Below are positions 8,023-20,300 of a stretch of DNA of 64,000 nt, one piece after another. The DNA is from an uncultured virus (IMG/VR IMGVR_UViG_3300022927_000007) (taxonomy: Duplodnaviria; Heunggongvirae; Uroviricota; Caudoviricetes): IMG/VR virus record IMGVR_UViG_3300022927_000007. One strand, written 5' to 3'. The stretch's first letter is position 1. Each line of letters begins with the position of its first letter. The notes beneath the pieces are model-generated. The model searched no databases. It was given only the letters and a program-made list of their open reading frames with translations, and was not told the origin of the DNA. The position numbers and the translations under genes are program-made.

Positions 8023-11000
8023 AGGATAACTTACTCCGCAATGGAGCGAATTTAGCCTTCGAGACAGACCTTTTATACTTAGATGTAACAAACCGTCGGA
8101 TCGGTGTAAAAACTACAAATCCTCAATACGCATTAGACGTTGCAGGCATTGCCCGTGTAACAGATCTAGAAATTACAAATAACGTTTTTAATATTGGTAA
8201 TGTTACAATTAATGGTGACACTGCTACTATTTCAACTTCTGCACAAGAATTTGCAATCGCAACAGCTGATAATACTATTGTAGGCAATAGAGTAGTAGTC
8301 GGCGACTTAGAAATTAATAATAACTTTTTAGAAAACACAAATACTAACAGTGATTTGTTTATTCGTGCAAACGGTACCGGAACCGTAAACATTGTAGGTA
8401 ATACTGTAATTACTGGTAATTTACATGCTACAGGCAATATTAGTGCCGACGGCAACATTGTTATCGGCGACGACGACACTGATAACATTTATATTAACGC
8501 AGACATTGCAAGTAACATTTTACCTGATATTGACGATACTTATAATATTGGATCAGCGAGTAAGCGTTGGGCAACTGGATTTTTTGGTAACGTTACAACA
8601 AATACATTAACAACAAATGATTTGGATTTTGGTAACATTGACCTAATTAGTATTCCAGGAAATATCATTTATGTTGCTACTAACGGCGGTGATAATCAAA
8701 CAGGCACACACCCACAAGATCCTGTACTAACTATTACAAAGGCATTAGAACTTGCTAGTTTAGGTGATACTGTTTACATTTATCCAGGACAATATCAAGA
8801 AGCATTTCCATTAACAGTACCGTTAGGAGTTACAGTAAAAGGACATAGTATACGTTCAGTAGAAATTACTCCAACAAGTGGAACACAAAGTAATGATGCT
8901 TTTTTATTAAACGGTGACACAACAGTTGAAGACATAACTGTTAAAGATTTTTATTACAATAGTGGTGCAAATACAGGATACGCTTTCCGTTTTGCAAATA
9001 ATTTTAGAACATATGAAAGATCACCATACGTAAAAAACGTTAGTGTAATCACAAAAGGAACTACAACATCTAATGATGATCCAAGAGGATTTGCAAGTGG
9101 TGATGCAGGCCGAGGCGCATTAGTCGACGGCAGTATTGCTAATGCAGATTCTAAAGAAGCGTCGATATTATTCCATAGTGTAACATTTATTACACCCGGT
9201 GTTGGTGGTTTAAAAATTACTAACGGCGGTAGAGTCGAATGGTTAAGTTCATTCACATACTTTGCAGATAAAGGAATTGAAATTGTTGACGGCGTAGCAG
9301 GTCTAAAAGGCGACGGCAAAACAAAAATTAAATATTCCGGATTTAGCGGATCAGCAGTAGCACCTGGTCAAACTATTACACTTAAAGATGCAAACGGTAC
9401 AACACTTGCATCATCAACAATTGAAAGTGTAGACACTGATACTGTAATAATTGATGGTAAGCCAAGCGGCTATATTCTACCATTAAGTAGAGCTAAGAAA
9501 ACAGTTACAGCAGTTGGAAACGCACAAGCAGTAACATCTGCTCCTGTAAAATACGGAACAGGCATTGGTTTATTTGATGGTACAGATGATAGATTTACAA
9601 TTACTACACAGTCTGACTTTGGTTTTGGCACTGGAGATTTTAGTGTAGAAGGATGGATTTATATTAGCGACGATCTTGGTACTGAATCAATTTTTGATTT
9701 TAGAGCAGGATCAGCAACTGATGATGCATTACACTTTTATACAGTTGACAGAGCACCTAAAGTTGACATTGGCAACACTACTTTAATTGCACCGGCTATT
9801 ACATTAATCAACACTACGTTTTATCATATTATGGTAACACGAGTTGGTACAACTTTAAGATTATTTGTTGACGGACTATTACAAGGTTCTGCAACTGTTA
9901 GTACAAATTTAGGAACAACAAAACCATTAATAATTGGTAACGCATATGATGGATTAACTGGACATGCTGGACGTATAGACGACTTCCGTATAAGAAAAGG
10001 CATAGGAGAAAATGCAAACTTTCCAGCGCCAACGGCGGCAACTGTAGTTGATCAATATACAGTATTAAAGTTAAACTTTGATAGTAATAACGGATCACAA
10101 ATTATTACAGACGACGACACTTTCATTCAAACTATTGAATTTAGTGGCGGTGGCACAGCAACAGCATTAACATTAATTGATCAAAGCGATTTTGGTGGCG
10201 AACTAAGATCTATTTCTAGTGCATGTATTTACGGCAACTATGGAATATATGGTGATGGTCCAGGTAGTATAGTATATGCCATTGGTCAAAATTTAGCATA
10301 TATAGGATCAGGTAAAGAAGTTACTAATGATCCAACAGAAGTTATACAGGATAACGAAGTAGTTGCACTTAATGATGCAAAAATTTACTTTAGTACAGTT
10401 GATCACAAAGGTGATTTTAGAGTTGGTGACTTATTTAGAATTAATCAACAAACTGGCGAAGTATCATTTACTAATGCAGAATTCTTATTTAACAACAACC
10501 AAGGTATTACTTTCACTGACGGCGTTAACACAACTATTATTGATGGTACAAAAATTGAAACTGGTAATATAAGAATTACAGGAAACACTATTTACAGTAC
10601 TAGTGGTGATGTTAATATTAATACTACAACTGGTGAAATTAATTTAATTGATAATGTTAATATTACTGGTAACTTAGATGTTGCAGGAAATATTACTATT
10701 GGTGGAAATATTACACTTGGCGACGAAAATACTGATGTAATTAATATTAATGCACAAATTGACAGTGATATTATTCCGGCAGCCGATGTTACTTATAAAT
10801 TAGGTAATAACGGTCTTGCATGGTCAGAAGCACACGTTGGAAAAGCAATTATTGACGATATTACAATTGACAACGATACAATTAGTTCTACTGGTAGTAA
10901 TGGTAATATTAATATTATTCCTAATGGAGCGGGTAGTGTTATAATTGACCAACTTCAATTAAACGGTAATGCTATATCAAATTTAAGTGGTGATATTATT

Positions 11001-11705
11001 TTAGATCCAAGTAGTGAATCAGTAAAAATTACTAGCACTGGAGCACTGGTACTACCAAAAGGTACTACAGCAGAACGTCCATTATCTCCTGTAACAGGTA
11101 TGATTCGTTATAATACTGACGCAAATGTATTTGAAGCATACGACGGAGGCTGGATTAACTTAGGCGGCGTTTACTCAGATGATAGACAGACATATATTAC
11201 TGCTGAATTAACACCGGGCGCAAACGACGATACTATACGTTTTTATGCTAACGGAAGTATAGTAGCAGATGTAACTACTGAACGCTTTGATGTACAACGA
11301 TTAGAAGTAGATGATATTGCAATTTCTGGAAATATTTTAGAAACAATTACTACAAATGCTGATCTAAATTTAAGAGCAAACGGAACTGGATTAGTAACCA
11401 TAGAGAACTTTAGTTTCAACGGAAATCAGATAACTAATACTATAGATGGTGCTGTTACTACACTTAAACAAAACGGTTCGGGATATTTTAAAGTTGAAGG
11501 CACAGGCGGATTTGTTATTCCAGTTGGTAATAACGCTAATAGACACCCAACACCAGAAACAGGTATGATGAGGTACAACAGTGTTGAAGACAGAGTTGAA
11601 ATTTATGATATTTCGAATAACTGGGTGTCAGTAGCAGGTGCAACAGGTGCTGTTACATTTAATGATGCAGAGGAGATTGCAATTAAACTTGCATTGACAA
11701 TATAG
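7989..11705 (+). CDS. Large virion/fibre protein with beta-helix-like region and LamG/ConA-like lectin domain
   Basis: 1238 aa. FGFGTGDFSVEGWIY...HIMVTRVGTTLRLFVDG...IDDFRI is LamG-like. Paralog of 2614..7851; ends IAIKLALTI. Confidence 0.8.
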   Translation: MAIGRISGPLLKDNLLRNGANLAFETDLLYLDVTNRRIGVKTTNPQYALDVAGIARVTDLEITNNVFNIGNVTINGDTATISTSAQEFAIATADNTIVGNRVVVGDLEINNNFLENTNTNSDLFIRANGTGTVNIVGNTVITGNLHATGNISADGNIVIGDDDTDNIYINADIASNILPDIDDTYNIGSASKRWATGFFGNVTTNTLTTNDLDFGNIDLISIPGNIIYVATNGGDNQTGTHPQDPVLTITKALELASLGDTVYIYPGQYQEAFPLTVPLGVTVKGHSIRSVEITPTSGTQSNDAFLLNGDTTVEDITVKDFYYNSGANTGYAFRFANNFRTYERSPYVKNVSVITKGTTTSNDDPRGFASGDAGRGALVDGSIANADSKEASILFHSVTFITPGVGGLKITNGGRVEWLSSFTYFADKGIEIVDGVAGLKGDGKTKIKYSGFSGSAVAPGQTITLKDANGTTLASSTIESVDTDTVIIDGKPSGYILPLSRAKKTVTAVGNAQAVTSAPVKYGTGIGLFDGTDDRFTITTQSDFGFGTGDFSVEGWIYISDDLGTESIFDFRAGSATDDALHFYTVDRAPKVDIGNTTLIAPAITLINTTFYHIMVTRVGTTLRLFVDGLLQGSATVSTNLGTTKPLIIGNAYDGLTGHAGRIDDFRIRKGIGENANFPAPTAATVVDQYTVLKLNFDSNNGSQIITDDDTFIQTIEFSGGGTATALTLIDQSDFGGELRSISSACIYGNYGIYGDGPGSIVYAIGQNLAYIGSGKEVTNDPTEVIQDNEVVALNDAKIYFSTVDHKGDFRVGDLFRINQQTGEVSFTNAEFLFNNNQGITFTDGVNTTIIDGTKIETGNIRITGNTIYSTSGDVNINTTTGEINLIDNVNITGNLDVAGNITIGGNITLGDENTDVININAQIDSDIIPAADVTYKLGNNGLAWSEAHVGKAIIDDITIDNDTISSTGSNGNINIIPNGAGSVIIDQLQLNGNAISNLSGDIILDPSSESVKITSTGALVLPKGTTAERPLSPVTGMIRYNTDANVFEAYDGGWINLGGVYSDDRQTYITAELTPGANDDTIRFYANGSIVADVTTERFDVQRLEVDDIAISGNILETITTNADLNLRANGTGLVTIENFSFNGNQITNTIDGAVTTLKQNGSGYFKVEGTGGFVIPVGNNANRHPTPETGMMRYNSVEDRVEIYDISNNWVSVAGATGAVTFNDAEEIAIKLALTI

Positions 11706-11715
11706 GAAAAGAATA

Positions 11716-12045
11716 ATGGCAACTAATTTTAAAAACGTAATTGGAAAAGATATAGGTACACAGCGAGTCGCAGTATATACAGTTCCGCCCGCTACAAGTA
11801 CAACAGTAATTGGTATGAACCTAGCTAATCTTACAGAGAGTATGGTAAACTGTACAATTGAAATTGGAGACGAAGCAAGTTCAATTGGAGTAATGGTTAA
11901 AAACATGCCTATTCCTCCAGGATCTAGTTTAAAACCAATTGGAAAAGGTGAAAAAATTATTCTTGATGCTAATAATGTATTATATGTAACATCAGATTCA
12001 ACAGCATCAATTGATGTAATTTTAAGTATAGTGGAGATTGTATAA
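11716..12045 (+). CDS. Small beta-rich virion protein (adaptor-like family, copy 2)
   Basis: 109 aa; VYTVPPATSTTVIGMNLAN...EKIILDANN. Confidence 0.7.
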   Translation: MATNFKNVIGKDIGTQRVAVYTVPPATSTTVIGMNLANLTESMVNCTIEIGDEASSIGVMVKNMPIPPGSSLKPIGKGEKIILDANNVLYVTSDSTASIDVILSIVEIV

Positions 12046-12407
12046 TGAGTGACGGAAACTTTATGGGCCAAAGCATTGGCGAAATGGTAAATCAAACAGA
12101 TGCAAGATATTTTTATGGTCTTCGCAGAACAGATGACGGTGAATTATATGTTGTAAAAATTGATCAACTTAAAAGCAACGATAGTGTTCAAATAAACGCA
12201 GAAGGTGATCCGACTCATAATTATGAAGACTTTGTACAAGGCGAAGATTTCTTTGAAGGAAGAAATGTTAACCATGAAAGACTTTATGCTAATCTAAATT
12301 ATGAGCAATTTAGATGGGATAATAGAAACATTAATTACTACATTGACGAAAGTGGTAATCTTGTAGCTAGAATTAACGAAGGTTATGAATACCCAACTGG
12401 AGTATAA
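12045..12407 (+). CDS. Hypothetical protein
   Basis: 120 aa ORF coupled (TAATG) to the previous gene. Confidence 0.7.
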   Translation: MSDGNFMGQSIGEMVNQTDARYFYGLRRTDDGELYVVKIDQLKSNDSVQINAEGDPTHNYEDFVQGEDFFEGRNVNHERLYANLNYEQFRWDNRNINYYIDESGNLVARINEGYEYPTGV

Positions 12408-12430
12408 TAAATACGTAAAAGGTAGAGAAA

Positions 12431-15400
12431 ATGGCAGAATTTAAACTTAGTAGAATTAGATTTAACTGGAAGGGTGAATGGACCGGAGGGGTTGATTACA
12501 TTGCTGACGATATGATTTCATATAAAGGTGCAACATATGTTGCATTGAGAACTCATACATCTGCAACGTTTTATAACGACTTAGCAGGTACAGACCTTAC
12601 ACCAGCAAAACCAAAATGGAAAAAACAGTCCGAAGGTAAAGTTTGGACTGGAGATTGGGCTGTTAGCACAATCTATGCTATTGGTAATATTGTAAAATAC
12701 GGTGCTAGTATTTACGAATGTACAGAAGAACATACATCTGCCGCTACGTTTATTTCGGGTACAGACGGTCTAGTTGCTGATATTGGTAAATGGAAATTAG
12801 TTGCTGTTTCATCAGCTGATTGGAAATATAACTGGACGCCAAATACACTTTATAGAACAAACGATCTTGTACGTTATAATGGTAAAGTTTATAAGGCAGT
12901 TAATCAGCACGTTTCTGCGGCAACATCAACATTGGGATTGGAAGCAAATCAATTAGATTGGGCAATCCTAGCAGATAGTGATACCTGGAGAGCAAATTGG
13001 TCAATTGGTACACGCTATCGTGTTAACGATATTGTTAAGTACGGTGGTATTGTTTACAAGTGTATCGTTGGACATACTTCAGCAGATAATGCTGTATTTG
13101 GTCTTGAAGAAGATCAATCAAAATGGGAAATTGCAATCGACGGAATTGAATATGTTACAGCAACAGTTACAGATGATGACGATGTTGAAACTATTACAGG
13201 ATTGTGGCAACAAGATTATAGATATAAAAAGAATGATATTGTAAGACGAGGCGGAAATTTGATGAGATGTCTAGTTGGACATACATCAGGTGAAGGATCA
13301 AACGCATTTAATATTGATTATGGTTCTTCGTATTGGGCTACATTTTTACCTGGTTCAGAATACGAAAAGGTATGGGCACAAAACGTTTACTATCAACCTG
13401 GTGATACTGTACTATATGGTGGTTACATTTATAAAGCAGTATCATTTAATACAGATTCAATACCGAGTTTAAGTCCGTTAGACTGGAACTTAACTTTTGA
13501 AGGTTATAAATTTAGATACGATTGGAACAATCCAGGTGCCGTTGACGATAGTGCATTAGTTGATTATAAAACAGGTGATGTTGTAAGATTGTCGGGAAGT
13601 CTTTACATTGCTATCCAAGACAATACAAATTTACAACCTGATTTATATCCTACACATTGGGAAAAGATTTACGAAGGCAGACAGTTTAGAGACACTTGGG
13701 AAGATGATACAGAATATTTTCAAGGCGATATTGTTACATGGCAAGGTACATCATACATTGCGTTAGGATACCATCGATCAACTGAGTCAGCTTCTAGACC
13801 CGATTTAGATATTAATCAACCAGATCAAAATTATTGGAAAATAATGATTCTTGGAACACAAACTAATAAGTTAGCTAGAAGAGGCGACTTAAAAACATTT
13901 GAAGACCAAGATTCAACAGCAATTGATACACAGAGATTAGCAATTGGAACAACTGGTCAAGCATTAAGATCTACAAATGGATTGCCTGCATGGGATAGTT
14001 TAGATTTACAAGAAAAATTATATTATGTTTCTCGTAACGGAGTTGATGATCGTCAACAAGGCGGAACACTCAACGCTCCTTTTAGAACTGTTAGATTTGC
14101 AATGAATTGGTTGCTTGAAGACGAAACAAACAGAGTAGGCGATGGCGCCACAGTAAAAGTAATGGCTGGCGAATTTGCAGAAGTTCTACCTATTAGTATT
14201 CCATCTAAAGTTGCACTAGTTGGTTCAGAATTAAGAACAACAACAATTAGAGCAGCCACACCTCAGGATGTTGTGTTAGATGAGAAATTAGCAGACGGAA
14301 CACAAGAACAATTAACTATTCCTGACAGTAATATTAGAAACAACATGTTTTATGTTAGAAACGGTTGCGGAATTAGAACTCTTACATTAAAAGGATTAGA
14401 AGGAGTTATAATTGGTCCAAACGATTTTGGAACAAGTCGTCCGACTGCTGGCGCATATGTATCGCTAGATCCGGGCACAGGTCCAGATGATTCGAGTGTG
14501 TGGGTAACAAATAAATCAACCTACATACAAGGTGTTACTGCTATTGGAACAGGATGTGTCGGATTAAAAGTTGATGGTTCATTACATAATGGCGGAAACA
14601 AATCAATTGTTGCTAACGACTTTACGCAAGTACTAAGTGATGGCATTGGATATTGGGCAACTAATCTAGGTCGTTCAGAACTAGTTAGTGTGTTTACATA
14701 TTATGCACATATTGGATATTTGTCAGAAAATGGCGGAATTTTACGTGCAACTAATGGTAACAATTCATACGGTACATTTGGTAGTGTTGCTGAAGGATTT
14801 GATAATAATGAAACACCACAGACTGTTTCTGTAAATAACCAAAACGGTGAAGCAAGTGTCGATGAAGTATTCACAAACGGATCAAACATTTTAGCACTAG
14901 CTTATAAAAACACTGGACAATCATATACAGGTGCAGTAGCAAGTACAACACAGGCAACCGGTACTGACCTTAATATGAAATATGACGAAATTAGAGTTAG
15001 TGCAGTGTCTAGAATTGATTTAGCTATTCCAGATGATAGTACAACTGTTGGTGGCGCTGGATTTAAAACTTTTACTAATAACTCTCAAGGTGGAGATTTA
15101 AGTAGTATTACTTTAGCGGCATCAGAAGTTAGAACAGCGGCACAGCTAGTAGGAATGAGAATTTTATTAACTGACGGTCCAGGTGCAGGTCAATATGGAT
15201 ATATTGACGGTTACAACCCAGATACAAAAGTAGCAACAGTGTTTAAAGAAAGTACTGGAACTCCAGGATGGGATAATATTGTTCCTGGAAAAATTAATGT
15301 AACCTCGTTTACTGCAACTACAAAATATGAATATGAACCAAGAGTAACTATTAGTTCTCCTACATTTAATAAAACTAACAATAGTATACAAACAGGCGGA

Positions 15401-17359
15401 CACGATATCGGTTACAGTGAAGAATTAGGTTTATGGTATTATGCTCCAACAGGTGGCGATGATTGGTATGTTTCATCAGATGCATCAGTTTGGACTCAAA
15501 GGTCGATTCCAGCATATAATTTAAGTTATACTTCTTTTTCAAAATCAGGGCCTTTACTATTAGGCTTAGCAGATGCATCAGATAAATTAGTATTTTCAAA
15601 TGATGGAATTAACTTTGATCATTCGACACTACCTTCTGCAACAACTTGGAAAAAAGTAGCAGTCGGCGGTCCAGATAATGATACAATTATTTGTATTGCT
15701 ACAGGTGACGGTAATGCATATGTAAATTCTATTGTACAAGATGCAGGATCAACTACTGTTCCTGGCGCAGGATGGTCTACCAACGTAACTGGCGCAAGTA
15801 ATACTACTTGGGTAGGTTTAGCATATGGAGCAGGTAAATGGATTGCACTAGCACAAGATGGTTCAACTGTAATATCAACAGATAACGGTGCAAACTGGAC
15901 AACAGGTGCAGCCGTATCAACAGACGGTATTGAACTATATAGCGGTTTAGTATATGGTAACAATTGTTGGGTTGCAACTATGGACAATTCGGATAGAGTT
16001 ATTCATAGTGATACTGGAACTGTTTGGAATGATGCACAAATTGTTGGCGACTCAGGAAGAGAAGATTGGACTGTAGGATACTCAAATGGTGTATTTTTAG
16101 CATTAAGCGATACAGGTACAACTGCTAGTTCTGAAGATGCTCAAAATTGGACTATTAGAACTGCAAACGGTGCAATGACAAGTGTCGCAGGCGGCGTAAG
16201 AAATAGTTTGCCTACATTCGTTGCTATTAGTGAAACAATAGGAACAGGAAACGTTTACACAGGCGGTAGAACAGCATTTGCTCGTGCAGAAGTTGCAAAC
16301 GGAAAATTAAGCCTAATTAAAATTTACGATCCAGGTTCAGGCTATGTAACTGCACCAACAGTAACAATTGAAGATCCTGAAGAATATAGTGAACCATATT
16401 TTACTGTTGATATTAACGACGGAGTACTTCCACAACCTGCATTCTACAATAGAGGAACAGGATATCAAAGTGCTATTGTTACAATTACAGGTGACGGTTT
16501 TGGTGAAGAATTACAAATCGGTAACACAATGATTGTTAGTGGTGTAGGCGTAACTCCTGGACCAGGAGCAAACGTAAGATTTGCAGGTAATCCAATAGTT
16601 TATAGACTAGTAAAAGTAACATCAGAATCTGGTGTTGCTCCTAACAAACAAATTACGTTCCAAATTAGTCCAGTATTATCTAGATCAACAGCACCAGTAC
16701 ATAATACTGTAGCAACCATTCGTGAAAGATATTCACAAGTACGTCTAACAGGACACGATTTCTTAGACATCGGTACAGGTAACTTTGCAGATACTAATTA
16801 TCCTTCGCTTTACGTGCAAGGACAAACAGCCGCAAATGACACAGTACAATCAAACGAAGTTGTTGAGTCAAACGGTGGACGAGTATTTTATACTAGTAGT
16901 GACCAAGATGGTAACTATAGAGTTGGTGAATTGTTTAGAGTTTCACAGGCACAGGGCGGCGTTACACTAAATGCTGACTTCTTTGACTTAGAAGGTTTAG
17001 ATGAACTAAGACTAGGCGGAATTAGAGTTGGTGGAACACAGGCTGTAATTAGAGAATTTAGTACAGATAATACGTTTGTTGCGAACTCGGATAATATTAT
17101 TCCAACACAACGAGCATTAACATCGTATATCGAAAATAGATTTAACGGTGGTGGATCTAACTTGTTTACTAACACACTTGTAGCAGGTCAGTTAAAGTTT
17201 GAAGATAGAACATGGTCCAACACAGCAGGATCAAATAATCCAGAAGCTATGGCAACAGTAGCGCCACAAATGATTATTAACGGTCCATTAGGCGGCGGGT
17301 TGCAAGCCTTAACGATGTTTCTAGGAGCTCGAATTGATCGAGACGACTTTAACGGATAA
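12431..17359 (+). CDS. Large virion protein with N-terminal Trp-rich CBM5/12-like repeats, beta-helix-like region and a BNR-like propeller insert
   Basis: 1642 aa. Repeats W..xTxYxxNDxVxYGGxxYxCxxxHTS; SxD(G/A)xxW Asp-box-like repeats at about 15400-16250. Late promoter at 12408-12413. Paralog of 17396..22249. Confidence 0.8.
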   Translation: MAEFKLSRIRFNWKGEWTGGVDYIADDMISYKGATYVALRTHTSATFYNDLAGTDLTPAKPKWKKQSEGKVWTGDWAVSTIYAIGNIVKYGASIYECTEEHTSAATFISGTDGLVADIGKWKLVAVSSADWKYNWTPNTLYRTNDLVRYNGKVYKAVNQHVSAATSTLGLEANQLDWAILADSDTWRANWSIGTRYRVNDIVKYGGIVYKCIVGHTSADNAVFGLEEDQSKWEIAIDGIEYVTATVTDDDDVETITGLWQQDYRYKKNDIVRRGGNLMRCLVGHTSGEGSNAFNIDYGSSYWATFLPGSEYEKVWAQNVYYQPGDTVLYGGYIYKAVSFNTDSIPSLSPLDWNLTFEGYKFRYDWNNPGAVDDSALVDYKTGDVVRLSGSLYIAIQDNTNLQPDLYPTHWEKIYEGRQFRDTWEDDTEYFQGDIVTWQGTSYIALGYHRSTESASRPDLDINQPDQNYWKIMILGTQTNKLARRGDLKTFEDQDSTAIDTQRLAIGTTGQALRSTNGLPAWDSLDLQEKLYYVSRNGVDDRQQGGTLNAPFRTVRFAMNWLLEDETNRVGDGATVKVMAGEFAEVLPISIPSKVALVGSELRTTTIRAATPQDVVLDEKLADGTQEQLTIPDSNIRNNMFYVRNGCGIRTLTLKGLEGVIIGPNDFGTSRPTAGAYVSLDPGTGPDDSSVWVTNKSTYIQGVTAIGTGCVGLKVDGSLHNGGNKSIVANDFTQVLSDGIGYWATNLGRSELVSVFTYYAHIGYLSENGGILRATNGNNSYGTFGSVAEGFDNNETPQTVSVNNQNGEASVDEVFTNGSNILALAYKNTGQSYTGAVASTTQATGTDLNMKYDEIRVSAVSRIDLAIPDDSTTVGGAGFKTFTNNSQGGDLSSITLAASEVRTAAQLVGMRILLTDGPGAGQYGYIDGYNPDTKVATVFKESTGTPGWDNIVPGKINVTSFTATTKYEYEPRVTISSPTFNKTNNSIQTGGHDIGYSEELGLWYYAPTGGDDWYVSSDASVWTQRSIPAYNLSYTSFSKSGPLLLGLADASDKLVFSNDGINFDHSTLPSATTWKKVAVGGPDNDTIICIATGDGNAYVNSIVQDAGSTTVPGAGWSTNVTGASNTTWVGLAYGAGKWIALAQDGSTVISTDNGANWTTGAAVSTDGIELYSGLVYGNNCWVATMDNSDRVIHSDTGTVWNDAQIVGDSGREDWTVGYSNGVFLALSDTGTTASSEDAQNWTIRTANGAMTSVAGGVRNSLPTFVAISETIGTGNVYTGGRTAFARAEVANGKLSLIKIYDPGSGYVTAPTVTIEDPEEYSEPYFTVDINDGVLPQPAFYNRGTGYQSAIVTITGDGFGEELQIGNTMIVSGVGVTPGPGANVRFAGNPIVYRLVKVTSESGVAPNKQITFQISPVLSRSTAPVHNTVATIRERYSQVRLTGHDFLDIGTGNFADTNYPSLYVQGQTAANDTVQSNEVVESNGGRVFYTSSDQDGNYRVGELFRVSQAQGGVTLNADFFDLEGLDELRLGGIRVGGTQAVIREFSTDNTFVANSDNIIPTQRALTSYIENRFNGGGSNLFTNTLVAGQLKFEDRTWSNTAGSNNPEAMATVAPQMIINGPLGGGLQALTMFLGARIDRDDFNG

Positions 17360-17395
17360 TGATAAATATGTATAATACCAAGAACGGAGCAAACA

Positions 17396-20300
17396 ATGGC
17401 AGAATTTAAACTCGGTAGAATTAGATTTATATGGAAAGATGCATGGGTAACTGGCACTACATATCTAAAAGACGATGTTATTAGATATGGTGGTAGAACC
17501 TATGTAGCAGTACAAGGTCATACTGCAAGTGCTAATTTCTACAATGACGAAGATCACTGGAATAAGTTTAGTGACGGTACTGACTGGAAGTCAGACTGGA
17601 CAACAACTACATTCTACAAAATTAACGATATCGTAAGATATGGTGGTATTATTTACATTTGTAATACCGGTCATACAGCACAAGCTGTACTTGAAGATGA
17701 TCAATCAAAATGGGATCAGTTTGCTACCTCAATTGACTGGAAAGACAATTGGACAGCTTCTACAGTTTACAAAGCAAACGACTTGGTAAAATATGGTGGA
17801 AACATTTATTTGTGTAACACTGGTCACACTGCCGCGGCCACAAATGCTTTAGGACTAGAAGCTGACATTTTAAAATGGGATATTTTCTCAGAAGGCCAAG
17901 ACTGGAAGCAAAATTGGGCTGTAGCAACACGCTATAAAGTTAACGACATTGTTAAATACGGCGGAACTTTATACATTGCAAATACAGGTCATACATCTGC
18001 TTCTACAGAGGCTTTAGGACTAGAAGACGATCAAAATAAATGGGACTATCTAAATAAAGGTTTTGATTATAAAGGTGAGTGGACTAACTCAACACGCTAT
18101 AAAGTTAATGATGTTGTTCTTTGGGGTGCTACACTTTACATTGCAACAGGATCACATACTTCTGTTACTACAAATCCAGATTCACAGCTAGGTACACTAC
18201 AAGCTGACATTGCTAATTGGGACAAATTTGTTCCAGGTATGGAATTTGAAAACTCATGGTCAGGATATGAAAGATATCAACCAGGCGACTTCGTAACCTA
18301 CGGTGGTAACCAATATGTTGCTAATGATAACGTTTTTGCAGAAGTTCCGGCGAGCAGTTCAAAATGGGATTTAGTTACAACAGGCTTTAATCTTAAAGGC
18401 GAGTGGAGTGATGATTCTACTAACCAAGATTACAGAATTGGCGATGTTGTAAGATTAGGTGGATATACATATCTATGTATCGCAGACCACCAAGGCTTCC
18501 GTCCACCAAACGCTACATACTGGGCAAGATTGTCTCAAGGTATTGAATGGAAAGATACTTGGACAGATGCTACATTATACGATGCGGGCGACGCAGTACG
18601 CGAAGGATTAATTAGTTATATTTGTATTCTAGCACATACATCTGCCGCTGGTAATAAACCGTCAGCAGATTCGCTAGGAACATATTGGAAAAACGTTGCA
18701 AGTGGCGCTGAAGAAAGTGCGCTAACAACAGAAGGTGACATCCTTTACTACAGTGGTTCAGGCCCAGCTAGATTACCAATTGGTTCTGAAGGACAAGTGC
18801 TAAGTGTAAGTACACAAGGTTTACCAGAATGGAAAGATTTTGCTACTACACCTGATGTATACTATGTTGCTACTAACGGAATAAACAATCCTTATCCAAC
18901 AAATGGTGGGACATTAGATCGTCCTTGGAAAACAATTCGTTATGCGGCAGAAGAAGTTGAAAAAGGACCAAAAAATCCAAACGCAGTTTACTTGTTAGAA
19001 ATAAACAGAACTTTTATTGCATACGAAACTGCTAAATGGGCTAAGAGACAAATTATTACACAAACTGCTCCATTCTTTATTGGATTTAGTTTTGACGAAG
19101 CTAAGTTTCAAAGACTAGCAGGATTTGTTGTTGATGCTGTTACTATTGATTTAAGAAAAGGTGGCAACGTAAATATTCGCAGAGTTGCGCAAGCAATGAA
19201 AGATAATGATGGTACTGATTGGTTTGATACTGGATCAGAAACACAAAACGTTGCGGCTCTTAATTTTGTTATTGACTTAGTTGAAGATGTTATCAATAGT
19301 GCAACACCTCCTGCAGACTACCAAGACTTAGATGGAGTTGCGGCAGGCGATAGGTATCTTCAAATTAAAGATTCTACAAAAACACCAGAAGCAGGAGTAT
19401 TAGCAAATATTACATCGGCGATTGGAATAGTTACTAACTCAATTACACTTGGTGGAGGATATACATTACCTACACAAGTAAAATCACATGCTGTAATTTT
19501 TGTTAAAACAGGAACATATGCAGAAGTACTTCCAATTAGAGTACCTGCATTAACTGCAATTGTTGGAGACGAATTACGTTCAACTAGAGTTGAACCAGCA
19601 GGTTCAGTAACAGCCGCTGGCGATGCAACATATAGTTTAGCAGGTGTGCTACATATGAAGAGTATACTTAGTGATATTGTTGAAGGTACAACTGTTACTC
19701 CTCAAACAGGTAACGCAGTTTCTCAAAATGATAGCAATCCGCTTAGTACTTCAGCAGTAGGAACTATATTGTCAGATTTAGCACAAGAGCTATATGACAA
19801 AATTGATTATGAGATTAATGGTGCAAGTGGTGATTCATCTGCTCCTGCGTTTAGAGGAAGAAACGAAAGAGTTGACGATCAAGATAAATTTGCGGCAGCT
19901 AGATTATTAATGCTTAATAAAGATTTTATTGCACGTGATGTAACAAAATATATTGAAGTAAACTATCCAGCATATTCTTTTGATACTGTAGCTTGTGAAA
20001 AGGATGTAAAGCATTATATTGATGCATTTATTTACGATTTAATTCACGGTGTAAGTGAAGGTAGCAACTATGCTACACTAATGGCAGGATTATTTTATGG
20101 CAATAGTGTAAACGGTTCTACTTTAGAAAATATGTACTTACTAAGAGATGGTACAGGTATTAGAAACCAAACACTAGGTGGACTAAATGGCACATTGAGT
20201 GCGGCAAATGCATACGGATCTAAGCGTCCAAGTGCAGGCGCTTATACTTCACTTGATCCAGGTTGGGGACCAGATGATGATCGTGTATGGATTACAACAC

